Shown one piece after another: positions 19,186-29,800 of a stretch of 64,000 nt of DNA. A model generated the notes under the pieces. It did no database searches. It was not told the origin of the DNA and saw nothing but the letters and a program-made list of their open reading frames with translations. Position numbers and translations under genes: made by a program. Each line of letters starts with the position of its first letter. Positions within the stretch are counted from its first letter, which is position 1. Source of the stretch: Acidimicrobiia bacterium (GTDB lineage Bacteria; Actinomycetota; Acidimicrobiia; Spongiisociales; ZC4RG35); NCBI GenBank assembly GCA_965215185.1, contig OZ244034.1:2048001-2112000 (forward strand), given 5' to 3'.

Positions 19186-20535
19186 ATGACCAGATCACGT
19201 TTTGCAAGCCTGTGCATCGCATTGCTTGTCCTGGCGGCCGGATGCGGAGGCAACGGCGGTGAGGCAGTTGTCTCACCCACCGGGTCCCCGGAAGGGACAG
19301 TTACTCAGACCACTGCCGGTGGCCCCGACACCTCAGATGAACAGGCATCTGCATCCAGCCTGGATCCCGCCGGCCCGACCGACACCCAGCCGGAAACCCC
19401 CGGAGACACCCAGCCCCAAACAACCACCACCTTGGCGCCGCTTCGGGGTCTGCGCTACGAGCCGGTCTTCTCTGATGTCCGGAACGTACTGGATCATGAA
19501 TTCGCGATGCCGGTCCAAATCACCGGGCGTCCCGGGGGGGAGCACACTTACATGATCACCCGGGAGGGAAGGGTGTGGATAGTCGAGGAAGGCACCTTTT
19601 CCAATCCGCCTGTCCTGGATTTGAGGGACACCATCCTGATCGGATCGGAAACCGGAATGCTGGGCATTGCCCTTCACCCCTCGGATCCTCAGCGGATGTT
19701 TCTCTACTACACCGATCTCGAGTTCGACATAAACATTGCTGAATACCGGCTGGATGAAACTCTACGAACCGCCATTCCATCCAGCGCCAAGACCCTGATC
19801 AAGATACTCACCCGAAGCGACTTACACAAGGGAGGAATGATCGCCTTCGGACCGGACGGGTACCTGTACATCGGGGTCGGGGACGACGGGTCCTACTTCA
19901 ACGGACAAGACCCCTCGACCATGTTCGCGTCGATTCTTCGCATCGACGTGGACCGTGGCGACCCCTACGCCATCCCCGACGACCATCCTCCCCTCACCCC
20001 GGACACTCCCGAAGTGTACGTCTACGGTGTCCGCAACCCCTGGCGGTTCTGGATAGACCCGGCAACCAATCTCATCTACATTGGCGATGTCGGTTCTGAC
20101 GCTTTCGAAGAGATCGACATAACCTCCCTCGACGCACCCGGCGCCAATTTCGGGTGGTCGATCCTGGAGGGTCATGAGTGGGGGCCCTTCAAGAAAGGCA
20201 TCAGATGCAAGGAGAACCCGGGAACATGCGACACCAGCAGCTTCATTCTTCCGGCCCTTGCTCTGGGGCATGGCCCGGACATCTGCGCGGTGGTGGGTGG
20301 TGTGGTGTACCGGGGACCAGCCATCCCGGAACTGCACGGCCACTACTTCTATTCGGATCTTTGCGGAGGCTTTCTCCGTAGCTTCCGATGGGACGAATCG
20401 CTGGCCGTGGACCTCCGTGATTGGACTCCGGACGTGGGCCGGCTGGTCCAGCTGTTCTCCTTCGGTGTTGACGCCCGTGGGGAGATGTATGTACTCACCG
20501 CTGACGATGTCTTCCGGATAGCCCCGGTGCGCTGA
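19186..20535 (+). CDS. PQQ-dependent sugar/sorbosone dehydrogenase family lipoprotein
   Basis: Lipobox LAAGC, Thr/Pro-rich linker, GMLGIALHP, H.GG.IAFGPDGYLYIG.GD, GVRNPWR, DVG....EEI. Confidence 0.88.
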   Translation: MTRSRFASLCIALLVLAAGCGGNGGEAVVSPTGSPEGTVTQTTAGGPDTSDEQASASSLDPAGPTDTQPETPGDTQPQTTTTLAPLRGLRYEPVFSDVRNVLDHEFAMPVQITGRPGGEHTYMITREGRVWIVEEGTFSNPPVLDLRDTILIGSETGMLGIALHPSDPQRMFLYYTDLEFDINIAEYRLDETLRTAIPSSAKTLIKILTRSDLHKGGMIAFGPDGYLYIGVGDDGSYFNGQDPSTMFASILRIDVDRGDPYAIPDDHPPLTPDTPEVYVYGVRNPWRFWIDPATNLIYIGDVGSDAFEEIDITSLDAPGANFGWSILEGHEWGPFKKGIRCKENPGTCDTSSFILPALALGHGPDICAVVGGVVYRGPAIPELHGHYFYSDLCGGFLRSFRWDESLAVDLRDWTPDVGRLVQLFSFGVDARGEMYVLTADDVFRIAPVR

Positions 20536-20823
20536 TCCCAACCGACCCAGGTCAGTTGGGGACGGCTCACCTGACCCCATCCGCGGTATCACTATCCGAC
20601 ATCCACAGACTTCCGACCCTGCTAAGGTTTTCTGTGGTAGGCGCCTCACCCGTGGCGTGCCGTAACCCAGCCAAGGGCGGATTTGCTGAAAAAAGTCAGG
20701 TTGCCATTGATACGGGCCAGTATGAGTTCTTGGGTCGAGGGGACATGCACGTTGCTTTCTCAGACCTCGGGCAAGAGAACTGACGAAGCTAGGGGACTGG
20801 CTGAAGTCGAGGCCCCACCCACC

Positions 20824-23800
20824 ATGCGTAACAATTCCTTCCGCGCTCCCCGCCTTTTCACTCGCCTTACCATCTCCGTCTCCCTGCTGGCGGTGCTGGC
20901 TGTTCTCGGTTCAGGGATTGGCTTCGCACAGGATGCAACGCCGCCGGCGTTGAGCAGCGCCACCGTTGTTGGCTCGACGCTCACGGTCACCTACGACAGA
21001 GCCATGGACCCGGGCGCCAGACCCCAAGCGACGGCGTTCAACGTAATGGTGGAGGGCGCCGATCGCCAGGTCGCGGCAGTGGACATCTACCAAAGCACGG
21101 TGACGTTGATTCTCCAGGCGCCGGTCTCGCCCGGTGAGGCGGTGAGGCTGAGTTACAACAAGCCGGCAATGCGGGCCATGCAGGACCTTGGCGGAACCAA
21201 GGCGGAGGGATTCGGCGAGTTGGCGGTAGCCAATGGAACCCGGGCCGCCGCCCCCCGCCTGTGGGCGGCTCATGTGGAAAGTGAGGGGATGGTCCTGACC
21301 TACAGCCGACATCTCGATGATGAATCCATGCCCTCTAGCGAAGACTTCAAAGTCGCCGCCGCTTCTTCAGGCCCGCCGCGGGACGTGGGGGTGAGCGCCG
21401 TCGCCATCAATGGATCGCGGCTGCTGTTGACATTGACGGCCGCGGTGGCCTCCGATGAGGCGGTGTTGGTGAGCTATGCGCCCGGTGACTCACCCATTCG
21501 GGATCTTGACGGCGTTACGGCGGCGGCAATCAGCGGTTACCCGGTGACGGTCGCCACTGCGCCGCTGACCTCCCTGGCGCAGCTGGAAGTGACCGAAGCC
21601 GACCTCGCCACCCCTCGAGCCATGTACCCGGCGTTTCATCCGGATATCCACCACTACGCGGTGCGCTGCACGGAGGGTGACGCCATCACCCTGAGTTTGT
21701 CCAGGCAGGCCGACCGGACGAGTCTCACAGTAGACGGTCTCAGTTACTCGGGGATTCACTCCCGGCATCGGGCCACCGGCCTTTCCGAAGACACGGACTT
21801 GGTGATCACGCTCACTGACCTCGGCAGGTCGTCCACCTATGTGGTGCACTGCATCCCCGAACACTTCCCGTTCGTCACCGCCAACGTCCATGCTGGCGCT
21901 TCCGACTCGCTGATCACGTTCAGCGTAAGCGTAAGGAACGCCAAAAATGAACTCGTGTACCTCTACGGGATACTCGACAACAACGGAGTCCCTCGGTTCC
22001 ATCGGGAGAACAAAAAGCGAGTGGTGCATTTCCGGCCCCATCCCAACGGCGCCTACCCGTACGCCTTCTTAGAGAATTCCGGTGTGATCCCCCGTCCCTC
22101 CGGATACAACCGGCCTCAGACATATGAGGCTGTGATATTGGACAAGGACTTCAACGAGGTGGACCGTGCTACAACCACGCCCGACATCCTGCACACCGAC
22201 CCCCACGACTTCATCATCAAGGAGGACGGCGACTACGTGCTCCTGGCCTATGAGACCGCATATCGCGACCTGAGTTCCTTGACCAAACCTGATGGGACCT
22301 ACTGGGGCGACAACGTACCCGTAGATGACTCGATCGTCCAGGTAGTCACCCCCGGCACTGAGCCGATGGCCGACGGTCAATCCGTGCTCCTTTGGAATTC
22401 CATTGACCATGTGGAACTGGGAGACTGCAAGCAGCATTTCTTCCCGCACGATTACGCCCATGTGAATTCGCTGCAGGTTCTGGACAACGGAGACATTCTC
22501 GCCTCGTTCCGAGGCTGTTCGCAGATATACCTGATCAACGGCGAGACCGGCGAGGTGATTTGGAAGGTCGGCCGCAGCAACTCGACATCCCCCGAATGGA
22601 GAGCGAACCTGCTCACCGTCACCGGTGACCCTTTCGGCGAGTTCTGCGGACAGCACGCCGCCAACTTGCTCGACAACGGCAACCTCCTGCTATTTGACAA
22701 CGGGACGGCTTGCCAAGTCGATGAAACAACCTTCCTCTCCCAGCGCCCCAGTTCACAATTCAGCCGGGTGGTGGAGTACTCGATCGACACCACCGCCAAG
22801 CAGGCGACCTTCGTACGCGACCATTCCTACCGAAACGGCTATGACACCTGGTCCAGCTCCGCTGGTCTGGTGGCGCCGCTGGAAAACGGGAACTGGCTGA
22901 TCAGTTGGGGCTCGATGAGAAACCTGGACAACAACCTTGCCACCCCTCCACCCCCGGGCGAAACTCTCACCGAGGTCGATCCTGACACCAACGAAGAAGT
23001 GTTCTCCCTGCGGATGGCCAGCCAGGGAGACCTGCTCACCACCAGGGCCTACCGCGTTCCCTACGACGCCGTGCAGCATCACACCGTCGACGTCACCGGC
23101 CCCGCGGTCAGCTTCGCCACCGTCGATGGCAACATCGTGGAACTCACATTCGAAGAAGATCTCGACGAGACATCCAATCCGGAGCAGGGCGATTTCGCCG
23201 TCCTGGTGAACGGCGACTCTGTTCCCCTCTCCGGGGACCCCATGGTGGCCGGACTAAAAGTACGGTTCAATCTGGAAACAGCGCCTTCCCCCGGCGACAC
23301 CGTAACCGTTGCCTACACCGGCGCCGCCCTAGAGGACACGGCGGCCGATCCCAACCCGGTGGCTTCGTTCGGACCCCTTGTAGCAACCAAGGTCTTCTCC
23401 GACATCGCCGGCCATAGCCTGGCCAGGGAGATCATGTGGCTCACCGCGCAGGGAATCACTCGCGGCTGCGCTCCCGACCGATACTGCCCCGACCAAACCG
23501 TCACCCGAGAACAAATGGCCACCTTCCTGGCCCGAGCCCTCAACCTCCCCGCCACCAACACCGACCACTTCACCGACGACAACAACTCAAGCCACCAAAA
23601 CGACATCAACCGCCTAGCCCAAACCAACATCGCCCTCGGGTGCGCCCCCAACCGATACTGCCCCGACCAAACCGTCACCCGAGAACAAATGGCCGCCTTC
23701 CTGGCCCGAGCCCTCAACCTCCCCGCCACCAACACCGACCACTTCACCGACGACAACAACTCAAGCCACCAAAACGACATCAACCGCCTAGCCCAAACCA

Positions 23801-23925
23801 ACATCGCCCTCGGGTGCGCCCCCAACCGATACTGCCCCGACCAAACCGTCACCCGAGAACAAATGGCCGCCGTCCTCTACCGGGCCAGGGACCTCATCGC
23901 CACAGTTCAACATCAACCTCAATAG
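20824..23925 (+). CDS. Large surface protein: SwmB-like repeats, beta-sandwich, arylsulfotransferase (ASST) domain, SwmB-like repeat, 3 SLH
   Basis: Signal peptide; PP.L.SATV.G.TL..TY...D repeats; ASST motifs DPHDF, AHVNS, S.R....IY.I...TG.V.W, QH.A, LFDNG, NGNWLISWG; C-terminal SLH repeats. Confidence 0.82.
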   Translation: MRNNSFRAPRLFTRLTISVSLLAVLAVLGSGIGFAQDATPPALSSATVVGSTLTVTYDRAMDPGARPQATAFNVMVEGADRQVAAVDIYQSTVTLILQAPVSPGEAVRLSYNKPAMRAMQDLGGTKAEGFGELAVANGTRAAAPRLWAAHVESEGMVLTYSRHLDDESMPSSEDFKVAAASSGPPRDVGVSAVAINGSRLLLTLTAAVASDEAVLVSYAPGDSPIRDLDGVTAAAISGYPVTVATAPLTSLAQLEVTEADLATPRAMYPAFHPDIHHYAVRCTEGDAITLSLSRQADRTSLTVDGLSYSGIHSRHRATGLSEDTDLVITLTDLGRSSTYVVHCIPEHFPFVTANVHAGASDSLITFSVSVRNAKNELVYLYGILDNNGVPRFHRENKKRVVHFRPHPNGAYPYAFLENSGVIPRPSGYNRPQTYEAVILDKDFNEVDRATTTPDILHTDPHDFIIKEDGDYVLLAYETAYRDLSSLTKPDGTYWGDNVPVDDSIVQVVTPGTEPMADGQSVLLWNSIDHVELGDCKQHFFPHDYAHVNSLQVLDNGDILASFRGCSQIYLINGETGEVIWKVGRSNSTSPEWRANLLTVTGDPFGEFCGQHAANLLDNGNLLLFDNGTACQVDETTFLSQRPSSQFSRVVEYSIDTTAKQATFVRDHSYRNGYDTWSSSAGLVAPLENGNWLISWGSMRNLDNNLATPPPPGETLTEVDPDTNEEVFSLRMASQGDLLTTRAYRVPYDAVQHHTVDVTGPAVSFATVDGNIVELTFEEDLDETSNPEQGDFAVLVNGDSVPLSGDPMVAGLKVRFNLETAPSPGDTVTVAYTGAALEDTAADPNPVASFGPLVATKVFSDIAGHSLAREIMWLTAQGITRGCAPDRYCPDQTVTREQMATFLARALNLPATNTDHFTDDNNSSHQNDINRLAQTNIALGCAPNRYCPDQTVTREQMAAFLARALNLPATNTDHFTDDNNSSHQNDINRLAQTNIALGCAPNRYCPDQTVTREQMAAVLYRARDLIATVQHQPQ
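23478..23870 (+). repeat. Near-perfect 174-bp tandem repeat encoding SLH units
   Basis: CCGATACTGCCCCGACCAAACCGTCACCCGAGAACAAATGGCC starts at 23478, 23652 and 23826 (period 174 nt = 58 aa). Confidence 0.95.
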
Positions 23926-24282
23926 GCCTTGATAAAACAAAGGCACCCTCGCAATAGGAAGAGCGCACAGGCTGAATCCGACATCTCACACGTCACTGTC
24001 CGCGGCTACACCATCAAAGATGGTCTCCAGCACCTCCTTTGAGCGACACGGTCACAATCACCAAAGCCGGGGGTCCATAGCTCACAGATTCGGCGTAAAC
24101 CGGCACTTCGGAAGAGAGTGGGGAGTTGGGAATCCGTCGATTGGGAGGTCGCGGGTATAGACGCGGTGCTGCGACGCCGTGGTGGCACCGCTCGCCGGTG
24201 CCGAGTTGAACGAGTGGCCACCGTAACTCGCAGTGACCATCCACTTGGCGGGCCGCAGCCTCTGGTAATAGGCTGATTTCGC

Positions 24283-24942
24283 ATGAGCGCCACACTGGAG
24301 AACACTCCCGACGGCCAAACTTGGGCGGCGACCCGAACGGTGGACATTTGGCGAAACGTTGCACAAACAACACCGATTGTCCAGTTCTTTACCGGCATGT
24401 TCGACGTTATCGGTGTCACGATCGAAGAAACCGGTGAGGAACTGACCATAAGAACAACTGGGGACAGGATCGAAATCGAGGAGGGTATGCCCGACACGTA
24501 CGATTTTTTGGTGCCCCTAAAAGTGGAGAACGTTACGAACATGGTGTCCCATGCCGCTAAAGGAACCTTGGACAGTTTCGCTACGTGGCGAGTGGCCTCC
24601 GTTCTGTTCACACCATTGACGCGGGAAACCTTGAAGAACCCCATTATGTCAAACGGGGCGTTGAGGGTGCTGGGCCGAGTGGAAGACCTTATACATGTCA
24701 AACTGGTCGGACCCGACGATGAACATGTGGCCGAGCACACCCTCGTTTTCGCCGGCAAGCAATGGCTGGTCGTGGAAGGGGCACACGGGCAGCCACGGAG
24801 AGTGTTCCGTCTTACCGGGGAGCAATGTGTCGAATACCAAAAGCAGGTGTTCAAAGCTATGAAGGCCAACACGGTCAGAGGCTGGTGGCGTTTCGGGCGT
24901 TGGTATAACACCTGGCGCGCCGGAGTGTCTGTCCGAACCTAA
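24283..24942 (+). CDS. Hypothetical protein
   Basis: 219-aa ORF with globular-protein composition; no family recognised. Confidence 0.65.
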   Translation: MSATLENTPDGQTWAATRTVDIWRNVAQTTPIVQFFTGMFDVIGVTIEETGEELTIRTTGDRIEIEEGMPDTYDFLVPLKVENVTNMVSHAAKGTLDSFATWRVASVLFTPLTRETLKNPIMSNGALRVLGRVEDLIHVKLVGPDDEHVAEHTLVFAGKQWLVVEGAHGQPRRVFRLTGEQCVEYQKQVFKAMKANTVRGWWRFGRWYNTWRAGVSVRT

Positions 24943-24994
24943 CGCTGAGAATGGAAGGGGACCTATATCCCTGAAGGGACCTACATCCTTAACG

Positions 24995-25660
24995 GGGTCA
25001 TCGAAGTTGGTGGGGAGTGGTGGTGAGTAGGTTCCAGTTGGGTTTTCCGGCGTAGAGGAGTGCTCGGATTCTGTAGTTGCCGAAGTTGCGGAACCCGAAC
25101 GCTGCTCGTTTGATGCGCTTGATCAGGTTGTTCATGGCTTCGATGGGTCCATTGGTTACCGCTGACAGATGCCGATTGGTGATCTGGGTAGCCCAGCGGG
25201 CGATAGTGGGTCCGAGGCGGTTCATCTCATGGGGCAGTGACCGGTTCTTGGAGGTCGCCCGCTAGCTGGGTGGTGAACTCTGTGGCCAGTTTCGGGCAGC
25301 CTATTCGGTAGATGTCCCGGACGCTTTCCTTGGCGTGCCCGGCATTGCGGACTTCTCCGTAAGGGTCACCAGCTTAAAGGAGGCCTTTGATACGATCTTC
25401 ACCGCGGGTGTCGAGCCGTTCTTAGGCCATGGTCAACAGTCGTCTCGTCCGGGAGAGAGGATCGCCTTTTCGACCTCGATGACCCAACGTCTCGTTCTGA
25501 ACACGGCGCGGACCTCTTCTAGTCGCTGCTTCACCAAGCGTGTCACATGGAAAGGATCGGCTACCTGCAAAGCCAGAGCCCGTAAACCGCGCGCTCCGAT
25601 TGTCACCTCAGCGGACCCACCACAGGTCGTTGTCGATGTGGTCGGTGTCCCGGCCACATC
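24995..25660 (-). pseudogene. ISL3-family transposase remnant
   Basis: Fragments in different frames: QVADPFHV.RL and TNGPIEAMNNLIKRIKRAAFGFRNF.NYRIRALLYAGKPNW. Frameshifted and deleted. Confidence 0.88.
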
Positions 25661-25688
25661 CCCACTTGGAGTTTCGGGTTGGAAAGCT

Positions 25689-26696
25689 TCAGGGAACGAG
25701 GACGGCCCGACCCGTGATGCGGCCCGAGGCCAGATCGGAGAGCGCCTGGTTGGCCTGGTCGAGGGGGTATCTGGTTACCCGGGGAACCAGCTTGCCCGAT
25801 AGCGCCAGGTCGGTTACCTCCACCAGATCGCGATAGCTTCCCACATAGGCCCCTTCGATCTTCTTCTCGCCTCCCACCAGATCGAAGATGGGGACCCGAA
25901 GGGTTCCACCCACGCCCACCGCCACGTAGTGGCCGCCGAATCCCAGCAGATTGATACCGGCCGCCGCCGTCTCATCCGAGCCGACGAAGTCCAGCACCGC
26001 TGCCGGTTGACTCTTCCCCAGCAAGCAAGTGAGCTTCTCAGGTTGCACCCCCGCTGCGGCGCCACACTCCTCGGCGAGAGCCAGGGCGTCTGCTCTCACG
26101 TCGGTAGCCACCACCCTGGCCGGGGAGATCGCCGCCAGGATCTGTATGGCCAGATGCCCGAGTCCCCCCGCTCCAAAGACCACCACGGTGTCCCCGGGCC
26201 GAAGGTCCAGCTTGGCACAGGCGCGGTAGGCGGCCAGACCGGCGTCGGTGAGAGGTGCCAGGTCGGTGGGATCTACCCCATCCGGCAACTTGACCATGGC
26301 CCGCTCGTGGGAGAGCAGGTGGGTGGCGAATCCTCCCGGAGCGTTTATGCCGGGAGTGACTCGATCGGGCGCCCACTGGTCGAGGCCGTCTCGCTCAGGG
26401 TCGCTCCGACCGTCCGAGATGAAGGGATAGCACAGCACCGGATCGCCGGCTTTCACCGTTGCGACCCGGCTCCCCACCGCCTCCACGAAACCGGCGTTTT
26501 CGTGGCCCAGCACATGGGGAAGATCCACTGTGATCTCACCAGCCAGAATGTGCAACTCCGTGCGGCAAACCCCGGCGCCGGCCATCCGGACCACCACATC
26601 GTGAGGTCCCTCTGGCTCGGGTCGAGGCACTTCAGCCATTTCTACAAGGTCCCCGGCAAGATCGGGAACCAGCCTGCGCATCAGGGCCGCTCGCAT
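25689..26696 (-). CDS. NAD(P)-dependent Zn alcohol dehydrogenase
   Basis: GAGVCRTELH, LGHENAG, APL.DAG..AY, GAGGLGH, G...GRAVLVP; RBS GGGGGAAGG before ATG 26696. Confidence 0.88.
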   Translation of the reverse strand: MRAALMRRLVPDLAGDLVEMAEVPRPEPEGPHDVVVRMAGAGVCRTELHILAGEITVDLPHVLGHENAGFVEAVGSRVATVKAGDPVLCYPFISDGRSDPERDGLDQWAPDRVTPGINAPGGFATHLLSHERAMVKLPDGVDPTDLAPLTDAGLAAYRACAKLDLRPGDTVVVFGAGGLGHLAIQILAAISPARVVATDVRADALALAEECGAAAGVQPEKLTCLLGKSQPAAVLDFVGSDETAAAGINLLGFGGHYVAVGVGGTLRVPIFDLVGGEKKIEGAYVGSYRDLVEVTDLALSGKLVPRVTRYPLDQANQALSDLASGRITGRAVLVP

Positions 26697-26855
26697 CAAA
26701 CCTTCCCCCTTATTAAAGGGCTTATATACGATCCTACACACCCTAGAACGCCTTAACTGCGCCGACATCCGCACCAGACATCGGAGGCGCAAAGGCAAGC
26801 CGGGAAGGATCACCAGACGCAAACAGGGACGGTCGCCGGGTATTGACAGGGGGAG

Positions 26856-26877
26856 TGTCACAGGGCAGGTGTATCTT
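26856..26877 (+). promoter_or_regulatory. Putative promoter TGTCAC-N10-TATCTT upstream of jetC (PafBC/RecA-NDp-like)
   Basis: TGTCAC at 26856-61, TATCTT at 26872-77, ATG 10 nt later; also a TGACA-N7-TGTCA dyad at 26844-26860. Confidence 0.45.
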
Positions 26878-26887
26878 GCAGAAGTGA

Positions 26888-29800
26888 ATGACAACAGCAA
26901 CACTAATTGAACAGAAGCCTCGAATCCTTTCAGTAAAGGGACACGACCCAACCCCTCCGAATAGGTGGCAACTGAACCGCGGCGGGATTCTCAATGTGTA
27001 CCAGTACGGCGATGAGGTGCTCCAATTCGGCGGCGGGCGCTTGTTACTCCGCGGCACCAACGGTGCGGGGAAAACCATGGCTATGAACATGCTCCTGCCA
27101 TTCCTGCTCGTAGCCCAACTGCGGGGCCTCGATGCCGCAGGAGAGCAGAGCGGCACTCAGGTGCTCAGGTCGTGGATGCTGGACGGGAAGGAGCGCCGGC
27201 AGCCGGGCGGGTATCTGTGGTTGGAGTTTCGCAGGGGCAACGACTTTTTCACATGCGGGTGTGGCCTCAAAGCAAGCAAGTCCACGGGGACAGTGAATCA
27301 CTGGTGGTTTGCCGTAGACCAACGGCCGATATTGGATTTCCCCCTCCAAAAAGACAGCGTACCCCTGTCGGAGGGGCAACTGCGTTCCCTCTTGGAAGGA
27401 GGGCAGGTTTTCAGCGAGCGGCAACGGCCCGACTATCGCCGCCTGATCAACAAGAGGCTGTTCGGAGGTGTGTCCACCGAACAGCACTTTCGGTTGCTCA
27501 ACAGGGTGCGGAACCCACGCGTCGGGGACCGTATAGATATTGAGATACCCCAGTTGCTGAAAGATGCCCTGCCTCAGCTTCGGGATCGGATACTGGATAC
27601 AGTGGCGCGCTCTCTCGATGATTTGGAGGAACGGCGCCGCGAAGTGGTCGGGTTAGAGCAGACGTCGGAGGCGTTGGAGGGCGTGCTGGATGTATACCGC
27701 TCGTACTGCTTCTCGTGGATCGGAGATGCCAGAGACAGGGGGATGTCTCACATTAAGGAGGTGGCCCGCATCGCCAGAGAGCAGGATCGGCGCCAAAGGG
27801 AGGTGGAGGGTGCCATCCGCGAAGTGGAGAAGTTGGAACTGAGTATCGCGGACCTCGACTCGAGCATACTGAACTTATCTTCGACCATCGAGGCATTGAT
27901 GTCCTCCCACGCCTATCGGGGCATCCAAGAACTCGACACCAGGCGCCAACTCGTAGCAAACCACCGCCGAAGGGTCGGGGACGCCGAAATCCGCGTTGAG
28001 AGCGCCGAGGATCGGGTGCAGGGCGACGCTTCTACCCTAAAGGATCGGGAAACCGATGCGCGCCAGGACCTGAATCGGGTCAACCACGGGATCGATGGGA
28101 TAGCGACTATCGGGCAGCGACACGGGGTGGATGGCGATCCTCCAAGTCGGATTCTTCTCCCGAACGCCGGTGCGGAACTTGCTGCCGGGCGCATCTCTGA
28201 AGGTATCGACCGGTTTGACACTGGCATCCAAGCGAGGAAGCGCGGGGTGTCTGAGGTGCGCGCCGAGTTGGAGCGAGTGCGAAAACTCGAAGCGGAAATG
28301 TGCGACATCGAACAGATGTTGCAGGATCGCAAGGCCCAGGCTGAGGAGGCATGGCAACATGCTCGCGGGAGGGCAGAGGAACTCGAAGTCGCCGCTCTGG
28401 AATGGGTGGAACACTCCCGATCATGGAGTAGCCAAGTGGTCGCCGTTCTCGGAGACGCCTCCCCGTGGTCTACCGAACCCGCAAAGGGGGCATCCTCGAT
28501 CTCCACCTTGGAAGAGGTGGATGCCGAAAGGAAGATGCTGGCGGGAGCGATCAACGACTCGATAACAACTCTCCGGAAGGAACTGTCGCTGCTGGAGCGA
28601 GAGTTGTCCGACATCAGGAGATCCAAGAGAGAGGCGCAGGCACTCGCTGACAAGTGGGCCAACCTCACCGAACCCGAACTCCCTCATCCGGCGTGGCAAT
28701 CATCCTCCGATTACTGCTTGGCCGACCTTATTGACTTCTCCCCCTCCCTGTCACCCGCCGAGCAAGCAGGAGTCGAGGCGGCACTCGAGGCATCGGGGCT
28801 ACTCTTTGCCCGGCCGGATGCCCACTCGGTCATCCTCGCCAACGGAGAATTGGTGGCCATCCCATCCACTCCGTCGCCCCGACCACTTAGCCAACTCCTC
28901 TCTGTGCGGATATCCGCACGACTGCGGGATGCGGTAAAGGTCGATGACTTGGAGAATCTCTTGGGATCGCTGTCCACAGATCCATCGGACACCGGCGCAG
29001 CGGCGATCATATCCGCCGATGGCACCTTCCAGGTCGGCTCACTGAGAGGTCGGCACTTCAAGGAATACCCCGAGTTCATCGGCGAGACGACCCGACAAAG
29101 AACCCTTGAGCGAGAAAGGATGGATGCGAACGCTCGCCTTAGGGATATCGAGGCGGAGTTCGCCAAATCAAGGGGCCTCTCGGATAGCCATAAAGATATG
29201 GTGCGCCGACTCGAGGGTATCCGACAGGATCTGCCCGTCAACACCGAGGTTGCGGAGGCCAGTGCTCGTCTTGGTGAGGCGGAGGTAGGGGCGGAGACGA
29301 AAGAGAACCGTCTATCAGAGCAGTCTGAGAGGATGGAGCAGTCCCGGCGGGTGACAGGGGCGGCGCGGGACCGGCTTCGGGCCACCGCTCAAGGATTGTC
29401 GCTTCCCGATGACCCCAAGGGCCTTGATCAGGTGTGGGGCGACTTGGAACTGGCGAACGAGCATCTGAGGGAGGTGCGCCAGTTGTTGGAGAGGCTGGAG
29501 AGAAGCGTGGCTATCAGGAACGACGCCGTGGGCCGCAAGGCTGACTCGGAGAGAGATATGGGCGATGCCCATGATGCTCTGGCTCAGCATCAGGAGGACT
29601 TGCGATCACAGGAGGGTCAACTGTCCACCTTGGAAGAGAGTATCGGAGTGGATGCGAGGGAGATCGCAGACCGGCACCGCCGCCACCAGGATGACCTGGA
29701 AGCCAAGAAATTGAAGATGCGGCAAACAAGGAAGGCTCTAACCGATGCGTTTAGGCGGCGGGCGGATGCGAAGGCTGGCGCCAGCGCCGCCTCGGTCGAG

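Noticed and set aside
23478-23870. Regular repeats as a possible CRISPR array
   Set aside because: Units are 174 nt, in frame, with no unique spacers; they encode SLH domains.
24006-24280. Short minus-strand ORFs upstream of the orphan gene
   Set aside because: No recognisable motifs or RBS; cannot be distinguished from noise.
24958-24990. GGGACCTATATCCCT / GGGACCTACATCCTT as an outer left end pairing with 35010
   Set aside because: Only 11 nt match and the flank does not match TTATTAAA; the end at 26718 explains the element fully.
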